NCBI RefSeq assembly: GCF_018977255.1
Contig: NW_024704742.1
Location: 12,898,001-12,962,000 of the forward strand
Length of the DNA stretch: 64,000 bases
Direction of reading: 5' to 3'
From: Callorhinchus milii
Taxonomy: Eukaryota
The first letter of the stretch is position 1, and the number at the start of each line of letters is the position of its first letter. Below, in pieces: positions 53,347 to 64,000 of the stretch. The notes under the pieces were generated by a model. It had not been told where the DNA came from, did not search any database, and worked only from the letters and a program-made list of their open reading frames with translations. Both the position numbers and the translations under genes were made by a program.

Positions 53347-53502
53347 GTTGGCGCAGAGATGACAAACGTGACCGAGATAGAAGAGATGATGCTGATGAAG
53401 TTGGAAGTGTTAGGAGTGAAGGTGGTGGTGTACGAGGAGGGTTTAGAGGCAGAGGAAGAGGCAGGGGTCGAGGAAGAGGACGTGGCAGAGGAAACCCCCG
53501 CA
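53347..53502 (+). CDS. LARP1B: LARP1B coding exon 6 (RG-repeat region)
   Basis: aaaag|GT TGG ... CGC A|gtaaga. Translates SWRRDDKRDRDRRDDADEVGSVRSEGGGVRGGF, an (RG)n run, then NPR. Confidence 0.92.
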
Positions 53503-54619
53503 GTAAGAATTTAATATATTTTTTGTCTTTCTGTCCTGTATTCAATTTTGTTTTGTGCAATCAATCTCAGCGATGGTGGTCATTTGAGAGTTAAAATAAG
53601 TGCAACGGTAACCAGTGAGAGTACATGATTTGACACTGATATTTAAGACTTTTTTTATGCTAGTAGACCTTGCCACTTAAAAGGAGGTGTCACTAGGATT
53701 GTCTCTTATTTCAACTCACTTTTGAACTTGAGTTAATAAGTAAATTAAATCGCTCTTAAAAATACAGTATTTAAAAACTAAAGCTTGTCTGTATTTAAAA
53801 ATTAGTGCTACAGGTTAGATTGAAAACCATAGTGTGGCAACCTTGTTGGTATGGCTATAATTGCATCTTATGAACTGGTATTTTGCTGGTCTCAGTCAGG
53901 GCTGGATAGGGAGTCTAAATTCACCAGTGGTTTTCCCAGAGCAAGGAAAGGGAAAACCAGCCAGGATTCCTGCTTCTGGTTCCTCAACATCACTCTCTGC
54001 TGGTCATATGGCTGTACAGCAGCTGAGTAGGAAGAGGTCAAGCTTGGTTGTAGTGCTCTCTACAGTCAAGTGTCCTACCAGCAATCGCTTCCAAGGCTCA
54101 CAGTGAACAAGGGCCACCCAGCAAGGAGTGTCCACTATAACCTTATTCAATGTATTTATTCCTAATAATAATAATCCTTACATTTGGAGCTGACCTGGTT
54201 CCAAGGTGGCATGCTTGGCAATGGAATTTCAGTATCAAGTCCACACACTTAGGCAGTTTTGTTATCCAGTTGTGGGTCCGCAGCACTTCAAGACATTGGT
54301 GCTGTGAGGCCAGCCAGCCTGGTTCCTTGGCAGGACTTGAAGGAACAGAAGAGTCACTGTTAGTAGGGATTCTTTAACTTGGGTCCTGTTAATCCTGCAA
54401 GCCAAACCCCTAATGGGTAGGATGATCCTAGCTGGATAAGCAGTAGGATGCTTGCCATACAATGCTTCAGTGGCAAGCTTGGCAGTTTTAGCTGGTTAAA
54501 CTCTTGAAAGAGTGTAGAACAGGGTAAGGGGTTGAAAGTACTCTTTGCTCTGCTTGTAATGCAGATTTTCTTAGGTGATAACTGGTATAAGACACTATGA
54601 AGAGAGGATAGTTACATTT

Positions 54620-56312
54620 AAGACCATAAGACATAGGAGCAGGAGTAGGCCATTCGGCCCCTTGAGCCTGCCCCGCCATTTAATAAGATCATAGCTGATC
54701 CTCTTAACCTAATTCCATTTACCCGCCCTGTATCCCTTAATCCCTCTTAATCTTTAGAAATCTATAATAATAATAATAATCCTTGCATTTGATATAGCGC
54801 TTTTCACGTCGGGAGGACGTCCCAAAGCGCTTCACAGAACACACTGTAAAGTGAATTGACTGTATATTTGTGGGCGAACGCGGCAGCCAATTGCACACAG
54901 CAATGTCCCACAAACAGTCGTAGATTGAAAATGACCAATTTATTATCGNTTTTTTTTGGAGGGATTATTATTAGGCTCTGTGTAGAGTAAGGAAACTTGC
55001 CCAAGGTTTCGCCCTCTGCCTGGAATTGAACTCAGGTCTCTCGCTTACAAAGTGAGTGCTCTAACCACTGAGCTACAGGACTCCAGTCAACCTCAGTCTT
55101 GAATGTGTTCAAGGACTGAGCATCCACAGCCTTCTGGGGTAGAGAATTCCACAAATTCACTATGCTCTGAGTGAAGAGATGTTTCCTCAACTCAGTTCAA
55201 AAAAGCTGACCCTTAATCCTGAGAATATCACCCCTAGTTTTAGATTCTCCAACCAGTGGAAACAGTCTCATGGCATCTACCCTGTCAAGACCCATAAGAA
55301 TCTTATAGGTTTCTATAAGATCACCTCTAATTCTTCTATATTCTCCAGAATATCGGCCTAGTTTACTCAACCTTTCCTCATAGGTCAACCCCCTCATCCC
55401 AGGAACCAACCTCGTGAATCTACTCTGCACCCCTTCTAAGGCGAGTACGTCCTTTCTTAAAGAAGGAGACCAAAACTGCACACACTATTCTAGGTGCAGT
55501 CTCACCAAGGCCTTATACAACTCCAGGAAGACTTCCCTACTCTTGTACTCTAACCCTTTTGCAATGAGCCCAACATGCCATTAGCCTTCCTAGTTGCTTG
55601 CTGTACCTGCATACTAACTTTTTGTGACTGGTGTACAAGGACACCCAAATCCCTCTGAACACTAACACTACCTAGTCTCTCCCCCTCTAAAAAATAATCC
55701 GCTTTTCTATTTTTACTACCTAGGTGAATAACTTCACACTTCCCCAGTTATTACTCCCTTGTTTTAGGATTAATTAAAATGGAGTATAAGTGTAAACATT
55801 TTATACTCCACCCTTCTTAATTATCAGCGTTACGTTTGCGATCTTCCAATCAATGGAACCATTCCAGAATCCAGGGAATTTGGGAAGATCAAAAACAAAG
55901 CATCCACTAACTCTGCAGCCAACTCTTAAAACCCTAGGATGCAGAGCATCAGGTCCAGGGGATTTATCGGTTTTTAATCCTATCAATTTCTCTCGTACTG
56001 TTGCTTTACTGATGTTCATTTCTTTAAGTTCATCACTAACGTTAGCCTCCAGGTTCCCCTCTATTTTCGATAAGTTTTCAGTATCCTCTTAACATGACGA
56101 CAAGCAAAATATTTGTTTAATGACTGCCATTTCTTTATTCCCATTATAATTTCTCCTGTCTCTGCCTGCAATGGACCCACATTTTGATAGTCTCTTCCTC
56201 TTTATGTACTTATAAAAACTCTTACAATCTGTTTTTATGTTCCTAGCTATTTTACCCTCATATTCCATTTTCTCACTCTTAATCAGTTTCTTGGTTTTGG
56301 GCCTTTTACCCA
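54620..56312 (-). mobile_element. CR1 LINE with an internal deletion, interrupted by a SINE
   Basis: QFWSPSLRKDVLALEGVQSRFTRLVPGMRG...RGDLIETYKIL; LKTDKSPGPDALHPRVL; NIKTDCKSFYKYIKRKR. Confidence 0.93.
54765..55085 (-). mobile_element. Full-length tRNA-SINE, short form, nested in the CR1
   Basis: Complete head to tail; CR1 sequence resumes on both sides. Confidence 0.92.
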
Positions 56313-57136
56313 TTGAAATACAGAAGATTGAGTGGAGATATGAGAATAATCTTAAAATATTGAAGGAGGCATGACAGACGGTAGCTGGGAATTTCCTTTG
56401 GTTGGGTAATTGGTGACTAGTGGAAATGTTAAGGGAGAGGTTAGGATTCTCTTTGTTCAGAAGGTTGTTACAATTTGCATTTCAATACCACAAATGAGGT
56501 TATTGAGGCAGGATTATGGAATCACTCAAACATTTAACTATATAAATACTGGAGGATTAAGACCTTAATGGAAATAAATGGAAAGCGAGAAAATAGAAAT
56601 ACTGTAAAAATATTAATAAGGGCCAATTTAGAAAAAAATGTAACAGTGGTACAATTGGCCAAAATGGCCCACTTCAGTGCATTCAGTGCAAAATGTGGTT
56701 CCAGTAAATATATTGGGCTCCTATTTTTTTAAAGAAAACTTTCTGAGCAATCAAGTTACATTGTTATTATATGGTTGCTGCAATTCTGGCAATGGATGAA
56801 TGTCCAGCCAGTGTTGGTATCTGAGTAGCTAGGAAAAGGACCTTGTTTAGGGAACCACTTTTGTTTTATGTTTGGAAAATGAATAACTCAAATAACTAAA
56901 CTAATTCAAATAATTAATAAACTAATTAGTTAGTTGTGTAAATGCAAGGTGTTCAAGTTGTGCTCAAATGTAACAGCTACCCATTTCAGCACAGAAATTA
57001 CAACCAGGCAACCCAGACCCAGTTAGTTTAGTTAACTTGCATTTCTGATCAATAGTTTTGGATAAACTATTACAATATGGCTTCCAACAATAAATTTTAT
57101 AAACAAATTATATTATATTTGACTATTTTATTTTAG

Positions 57137-57299
57137 TGAATTATGATTATTCATACGGATACAAGCATTCATACGATTCCTCTGATCCGTACATAGCCGA
57201 GTACAACAGTAACATGATGTACTATTATGATGATGGAAGTGGAGCGCAGATGTACACAGTGGATGAAACCCTGCTGAAGGAGTACATAAAGCGACAAAT
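57137..57299 (+). CDS. LARP1B: LARP1B coding exon 7 (start of La motif)
   Basis: ttttag|TG AAT ... CAA AT|gtaagt. Translates MNYDYSYGY...MMYYYDDGSGAQMYTVDETLLKEYIKRQI. Confidence 0.95.
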
Positions 57300-57398
57300 G
57301 TAAGTGAGCTTTTTTGTGCCCCTATATATTATAACAAATTATCTTGCGCATAGGAATTGCTGGGAAGTGTTTAACGCCAACTGNTTTTTTTAATTTAG

Positions 57399-57543
57399 AG
57401 AATATTACTTCAGCACAGAAAACCTAGAAAGAGATTTTTTTCTGAGACGAAAGATGGATGATCAGGGTTTTCTGCCTATATCCCTGATTGCCAGTTTTCA
57501 CAGAGTGCAGGCTCTAACCACAGATGTAAATCTAATATTTGAG
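57399..57543 (+). CDS. LARP1B: LARP1B coding exon 8 (La motif core)
   Basis: 99-bp intron, tttag|A GAA ... GAG|gtaatt. Translates [48 protein letters not shown]. Confidence 0.97.
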
Positions 57544-57789
57544 GTAATTATATTTTTACATTTATTTTCATTTGAGATGTAGAAAAACTTAAGCTAAATT
57601 TCATTGCATCTATAAATAAATAATTTAATGGTTATATTTTTGTTTTATCTAGTGAATACATGTGTGTAGCTTTAATCTTTAGAATTATTCTGAGTAAAAT
57701 TTTATGTTCTTGCCATAATTGAGGATTCTCTGTATTGAATTATATGGCTTTAGTTTAAAAATATAATATGAAAGTCAAATTTCATTTGA

Positions 57790-58070
57790 GAAACATAGAA
57801 ACCTAGAAATCTACAGTGCAGAAGGAGCCCATCAAGCCTACAGCGACCGGCTCACAAGTCAAGGATATCACTTCAATCTCACCACCCCACCCTATCCCCA
57901 TATCCTTTTAAGCCCTTCTCTTTCATAAGCCTATCTGTCTGCTTCCCTCTTAAAAGCTGTACCACTTGACACTCTCTGGGTGAAAACTTTGTTCCAAAGT
58001 TCTCATTTCGCTCTTCTTGTTCTTAAAACTATGTCCCCTAGTTACGTACTCCCCTATCAATAGAACTTTA
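57790..58070 (-). mobile_element. CR1 3' end fragment
   Basis: Octamer tail gaaacatagaaacctagaaa and CR1-like 3' UTR. Confidence 0.65.
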
Positions 58071-58094
58071 ACACCAGAATTTTTTTAAAATAAG

Positions 58095-58214
58095 AGAATA
58101 TTACTTCAAAACAGAAAATCTTGAAAGGGACTTTTTTCCAAGATGAAAGATGGATGAACAGGGTTTTTTGTCTATCGCTGATTGTTGGTTTCCACAGACT
58201 GACATTCAGCTGAG
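58095..58214 (+). pseudogene. Decayed tandem duplicate of LARP1B La-motif exon 8 (pseudo-exon)
   Basis: taag|A GAA TAT TAC TTC AAA ... reads [26 protein letters not shown], then a frameshift, then LIVGFHR. By hand count 69/82 nt identical to exon 8. Stop TGA at 58144-58146; no donor site. Confidence 0.9.
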
Positions 58215-58240
58215 GAGCAAATTTCTTTATAATTCTCTAT

Positions 58241-58538
58241 ATGCTGTCCTCCGCTCAGCATGCTCCGCCCTGGTCCACATTCCCTGTCTGGGCTCGGCCC
58301 ACCATCGGCGGTCGGGCCTTCAGCTTCTCTTTCCCCACCCTTTGGATATCCATCCCACAGTCCCTTTGTTTTGTTCCCTCCCTTGCTTCCTTTAAAACAC
58401 ATCTCAAGACCTTCCTCTTCAACTGCGCATTCGGCCACCCTCCTACCCCAGACCCCAAACCCCTGCTGGGTTCAAAATCTCTGACTGCCTTAGGATGTTC
58501 TCCTGACTTGAAAGGCATTATATAAATGTAACTTGTTA
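58241..58538 (+). mobile_element. L2 LINE 3' end
   Basis: RPTIGGRAFSFSFPTLW...FKTHLKTFLF, with a degraded stem-loop and tail. Confidence 0.85.
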
Positions 58539-58570
58539 TATAATAATGATTTTTTTTAACTAACATCAAG

Positions 58571-58745
58571 GCTTTGAAAGGTAGTACTGAGGTACAGATT
58601 GTCGACCAGAAAATGAGGAAAAAAGAAAGTCCTGAAAAATGGCCAATTCCAGGCCCACCTGTTTCTGATGCTCCAAGAACTGATTTTGCTCGTTTAATCA
58701 ACTGCCCAGAATTTGTACCTGGACAGGTTTATGGATCACAAACTG
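58571..58745 (+). CDS. LARP1B: LARP1B coding exon 9 (end of La motif and PAM2 motif)
   Basis: caag|GCT TTG ... ACT G|gtaaat. Translates ALKGSTEVQIVDQKMRKKESPEKWPIPGPP...TDFARLINCPEFVPGQVYGSQT; LxNCPEFVP is the LARP1-family PAM2. Confidence 0.95.
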
Positions 58746-59812
58746 GTAAATACAATTTAATTTTTGTAGAAAAATATTGTATGATAAATTACATGGGATA
58801 TGAGTATTACAAAGGGAAACATTCAGCCTCAGTACAAACAGATAAAGGTGCTTTCAATAGTCCCAAGTTCGAGCTCCTACATTGGAATGCAGCTTCAATT
58901 TGCAGCCATAATTCCTCATTACACCGCAAGATTGCTGATGCTCAGACAATATGATGTGGTTCACCTTAGGGTAAACTGATGTACGCTTGCTATAGTCTAA
59001 GCAAGGAGAGGCAGTGGCCTTGGAAATTGCCTACCCTAACATCTGAAAGGGAACACATGGAGACAAGTGACCATGGTGACAAAGGCAAATAAAGAAAATA
59101 AAGTTAAAATTTGAACATTCTTTCGGTTCTGTTAAGTTTGGTTAACAGATATTCTAGTACTTTGATCTTTGTATTCAACATCACAATCCTTACAAAAGAT
59201 CAGTGTCAAGCTTGACAGGTTCATATTTTCTAAACTATATCCTCCCCACTAAACTTTACCTCCACTGGTTTGTGCTTTATTCAGCTGGGAGAATACAATG
59301 GTCTGAACACCAAACTTCTCAGTTGACATAGTGGCCAAAAGTGAGACTCGTCACTGCACACAAAGGGCTGGTACTGGTGAAAATACCTCATTGAAAGTAC
59401 AATAGGATTGTCATTTGTTTTACAGCTCATTCCAGTGATGAAAATATTTCTCGCTGTTCTCTTTTCAGCTTTTACTGAATAAGACTAAAATATCTTACCT
59501 ATATGTAGTATGTTACTTTGTTTCTAATATTTTATAAATGTTTAAACTTATTACTCCCTTGTTTTAGGATTAATACTACTTCAGATGTATTTGAAAGTGC
59601 CACCTGATCATTTGTTTTTGCTACTTATGCTTTATGCATGCGTTTTGAATGTAGTTAAACGTTTATTGTGCTGCTAAGATCTGTAGGGTGTTTAAAGGGT
59701 GCGTCAGCTTTAAACACCTATAACGAGAAGTCACTTTTTTTGTCATATGACACCTTATTTAACTTTTTTTGTATTTTATATTTCAATTTGATTCCTTTTT
59801 TATATTCTATAG

Positions 59813-59889
59813 TAGGCTGGTACATTGTGGTTTCAGACTGCACTGTGCATTTTTGCTGTGACATCAACTCCAGTGGTTTGGAGAACTAA
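59813..59889 (+). CDS. LARP1B: Candidate LARP1B alternative terminal exon
   Basis: Long T-rich tract 59763-59810 followed by a tandem acceptor TAGTAG. In phase with exon 9: VGWYIVVSDCTVHFCCDINSSGLEN*. Confidence 0.5.
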
Positions 59890-60650
59890 GACCACTTTTT
59901 CTTAACTGACATCCTTTGTAACACTAGCCAGCAGTAATATGTCATTTATTAAGAAATTTGTCTTGCCAGTAAAACAGGTATCATTAGATTAGAAAACAAA
60001 TGTTTACAGTAATACCAGTGTTTTCTTAGTTCGTCTCCAATGTTTTACCTGCATTTCCAGTGATATGTTTTCCTTTTAAGGATTAATTTCTTGAAACTCA
60101 AGCTGCTTTAGATGAACAGCCTGTGTTGTGAAATCATTTACTGATTTATGTCTGATACCAGGCCTAATGATACATAAATAGTTTTAGCTTTAACCACTGA
60201 ATGGCAGTTGTTAAAGTGCCTTATAGATAAAACAGTTCATACAATATTTGCTCATATTTGTTCAGTCCATGCATATCAAATGCACAAATTAACAAATCCA
60301 TGTTGAATTTAGAATAGGCTGCCCTCTTTTTTAAAAAAAAATATGTTTAGAAGCAAATGAGAAAGTACTTTTATATGTAAATGAGATACCTAATTTTGGT
60401 TGTCACCATTTTCTTCTCATCTACACACAGATGTGGACCATTAACCAGATTGTTATAAACTGAAGAATTAGTGCGCCTTGAGCATCTGTGAAATTACCAT
60501 ATTGGCATCAATTTAAAGGTTAATGGGTAAAAGTTAATCAACACCAGTGATACTGAGCAGCCTATTTTAGTAATATTTGTAGTAATATTTGATACATTTT
60601 AAAAAATGCTTGATATTGGGAAGTCCAATTGGGTATGTATGTAACTTTTT

Positions 60651-62365
60651 ACAACAACAAGATTCTATTTATAGAGCGCCTTTCACGTCGGGAGGACGTC
60701 CCAAGACGCTGTACAGTTGGGTCCGAACCCGAGCAAGGGGGAAATGGTCAGGGTGAGGGGAGGGAAGGGAGGGAGCGAGGAGGGGGTAGAGAGTCGAGAG
60801 GGGAGCTGAAGGCTCGGTCAAAGAGAAAGGTCTTGAGACCGGCCTTGAAAGAGGAAAGGGAGGAGGCGGCGAAGGCACTGGGGGATAGAGTTCCAGAGCC
60901 TAAGGGCTGAGAGGCTGAAGGCCCGACCACCGATGGTAGGGCGGTTGGGGCGGGGGATGTGGAGCAGACCAGAGCCAGAGGGTACGGACAGGGAGGTAGG
61001 GGGATAGTAGGTCGGAGAGATAGGAGGGAGCCAGGGCGTGAAGGTGTAGGTGAGGACGAGGATCTTGAATTCGATCCTCTGGGGGATGGGGAGCCAGTGG
61101 AGGCGAGCGAGGGTGGGAGTGATGTGGTCGCGAAGCCTGGTGCGGAACAGTACACGAGCTGTAGAGTTCTGAATGACCTGCAGCTTGTGGAGGGAGGTGC
61201 CGGGAAGGCCGGTGATGAGAGAGTTCCCATAGTCCAGCCTTGAGGTGATAAAGGCGTGGACCAGAGTTTCAGCAGCGTGAGGGGTGAGGTAGTGCCGTAG
61301 TCTAGCGACATTTCGGAGGTGATGGAAGGCAGTGCCAGTTGTGGTGCGGATATGAGAGAGAAAGGACAGCTCAGGGTCGAACAGAACACCGAGGTTCCTG
61401 ACTGGCTTTGAGAGGTGGAGAGTGCAGCCTTGGATGCTGATGGTGTCAGCGCCTGAGGTGCGGAGGCGCTGACGTGAGCCAATCAGGAGGACCTCAATTT
61501 TACGCACGTTGAGCTGAAGAAAGTTGTCTCTCGTCCAGGACTCGACGTCGGACAGGCAGGCTGTCAGGACATCGGTAGTCGTGGAGTTGAGGGTAGAGGA
61601 GGAAAGGTAGAGTTGGGTGTCATCTGCATGTGGAAGTTAACCCCATGTCTGTGGATAATGACACCAAGGGGGAGCATATAGAGGGTGAAGAGGAGGGGAC
61701 TGAGGACAGAGCCCTGAGAACACCGCACGAGACAGTGCGGGGGCTGGAGGAAAAGCCGTTTGTGGAAACAAAATGAAGATGGTGGGAGAGGTACGACCTA
61801 AACCACTCAAGGACAGGGCCTTGAGGGTTGAGGTGGGAGGACAAGCGGTGGAGGAGGATAGCGTGGTCGACCATATCGAATGCTGCCAAGAGGTCGAGGA
61901 GGCAGAGGGAGCCCTGGTCGCAGATGGTCAGGATGTCATTGGTGACCTTGACCAGGGCGGTTTCTGTGCTATGGGCAGCAATGAAACCCGACTGATGGAG
62001 TTTGAATAATGCATGGGTGGAGAGGAAAGAGCGCAGCTGGGAGGCGACAACTCTTTCAAGGACTTTGGACAGGAAGGGGAGGTTGGAGATGGGCAGGTAG
62101 CTTGATAGCTGCGACGCATCAAGGGAGGGTTTTTTCAAAGTGGGAGTGATGATGGCAGTTTTTAGGGGAATGGGAACAGAGCCAGAGGAGAGGGACAGGT
62201 TAATGGTGTCTGTGAGAAGTGGGGCAAGGAGGTGGAGCTGAGAGATGAGGAGTGGAGTGGGATGGTGTCAAGGGAGCAGGTGGTGGGTTTCAGGGACAGG
62301 ATGAGTTTGGTGACAGAGGGTGGGGAAACGGGTTCGAAGGTGTGTAGGGGAGGAAAAGGAAGAAA
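60651..62365 (-). mobile_element. L2 LINE 3' 1.7 kb including RT (frameshifted)
   Basis: PISNLPFLSKVLERVVASQL...QSGF...[13 protein letters not shown]...AAFDMVDH...LHWLPIPQRI and (TTG)n tail; very similar to the 3082-3628 copy. Confidence 0.95.
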
Positions 62366-62675
62366 ACACCATTGTGGAGAGAGCTCTCTTATCTGCAGTA
62401 GATTAATGGGAGGTGCCCTTGTGGAGTAATGTATGTATCTTAATGCAGAATGTGTCATTCCAAATGGTTGTGATCTGATTGTGGATTGAATTCCCCTGTG
62501 CCAAATAAGCAAGGGTTAAAAAACACAAGTTTCACAGTTAGACTTGGCTGTACCTAGCACATGCATTATAATTCTGAAAAAAATTGCTTTTCAAGAAGAG
62601 GAAACAAATTGCATTGAGGTGGCTCTACATGTGTATGAGCATGTGTCTTACATTATTGTCGCTTGTAACTTTCAG

Positions 62676-62848
62676 AATCTGCACCTAGTTCCCCCAGAAT
62701 GGGAAGTCCTGGTGATGCAAAGAACAATGCTGAAATCAGTAACCTTCAGACGATGTCTAAAGGGTTGTCGACAAGTTTGCCTGATCTAGACTCTGATTCT
62801 TGGATCGAGGTCAAAAAGAGACACCGTCCATCACCATTAAAATCAAAG
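62676..62848 (+). CDS. LARP1B: LARP1B coding exon 10 (gene continues beyond the window)
   Basis: ttcag|AA TCT ... AAG|gtatac. Translates ESAPSSPRMGSP...LQTMSKGLSTSLPDLDSDSWIEVKKRHRPSPLKSK. Confidence 0.95.
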
Positions 62849-63686
62849 GTATACTTGGGTTTTATCCTCTGATAACCTTCCTTCAATGTGTTATTAACTG
62901 AAGTCAAAGCCATCAGGATGATTTTTTTTACAAAAATGTTATACATAGTACTGATCTCACAAGATGTTTCTGGAGTAATAAATAGCCCAAACTGAATTGT
63001 AAACTGATTTCTTAAAAGGGAAGTAGTGGATAAGGCTATCCTTAGGGCAATTCAATTTGAAGTATAATAATTCTTCAGGTTTATCAAAATCAAAAGTGTT
63101 TTTATGAATTGTTACTGGAATTATTCTTTGCAGTGAATTTCCTTTCCAGCACATGTATTTTGCATCAGATGTGTGGGATGTCTTTTGCCTCTCAATTTTA
63201 GCATCAGACACTTAAGTGCAATGATGCCCCTTTATAAACATGGTACTTGGGGTCCATAAATCCTAATCAGTTTTATAGCTAATTGCCTTCATTTTGCCAG
63301 AACAGAGGATGTGGGTGTATGTGTTCAGCCATCAAATCGGTAAGCAGGCTTTTAACTGATCACTAATCAATCAATAAATAAACGAGGGTGATTCATACCA
63401 TTGTGTGGATTCCACACACGTCTTTCCCGTTGTCTAGGGGACCCATTTCTTGAATCGGGTGCTTTGCAATCCCCTTGCTCTGTGAACCAGTGCAGACTCA
63501 ATAGGCCAAATAGCTGCCCCCTGCCTTGTAGATTTCTATGTGTTTATTTTGTCTTTCTGCGCACCGACTGTGGTTTTGAAGTACTGATGGAGCCAATATG
63601 CACATTGTAGAAGTTATTTTGGGTAACTAGATGGTAAGATGTACACTTTTTTTTGTCAACCAGATGTCTGACACATGTTGAAACCT

Positions 63687-64000
63687 AACAACAACTTACG
63701 TTTTTATAGCGCCCTTCAAGTGGGGTGGAGTCCCAAAGCACTTGACAGGGGCGGAGTCTGACAATGAGCTAGGGGGAGAGGGAGTGGAACAGTGGCCGTA
63801 AGCACACTCAAAAAGAAAATCTTTCAGCAGGATTTGAAAGTGGGGAGGGAGGGGCAAGGCGGAGGGATTGAGGGGAAAAGTTCCAGAGTCTCAGGGCATA
63901 GTGGCTGAAAGTGAGGTCACTGATGGTGGAGGGGATGAGGGACGATTAGGAGGCTGGAGGCAGCGGGTGGGGGAGCGGGTGGTAAGCAAATCGGATAGGT
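63687..64000 (-). mobile_element. Older L2 3' end running off the window
   Basis: caacaac tail, stem-loop remnant and purine-rich body. Confidence 0.7.

Noticed and set aside
60651..62365. Active or domesticated reverse transcriptase gene
   Set aside because: Frameshifts, deleted YADD tyrosine and 5' truncation mark an ordinary dead L2 copy.

Overview
Vertebrate genomic DNA, not prokaryotic. The repeat content (tRNA-derived and Deu-type SINEs, L2 and CR1 LINEs) suggests a cartilaginous fish such as a chimaera or elephant shark; this is inference. Two + strand genes lie in tandem, as in human 4q28: the last three coding exons and 3' UTR of ABHD18 (390-~11015), and the CpG-island promoter plus first ten coding exons of LARP1B (18121-62848, continuing beyond the window). 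All exons were assembled by hand with GT-AG boundaries in consistent phase. Introns are filled with SINE, L2, CR1 and decayed hAT fragments. Best leads: (1) a decayed tandem duplicate of the La-motif exon, possibly a lost mutually exclusive exon; (2) a candidate alternative last exon giving a La+PAM2 isoform lacking the DM15 region; (3) a 683-nt ATG-free leader with a TCT/5'TOP-like tract near its start, in a gene whose family binds TOP mRNAs; (4) a promoter built from tandem ~60-bp CRE/NRF1/AAGGTC modules; (5) a covarying stem-loop shared by the SINE and L2 3' ends, a minisatellite made from the SINE's first 20 nt, and two templated fold-back repair scars. Gene and repeat names come from recalled sequence similarity; no searches were run, and repeat boundaries are approximate.
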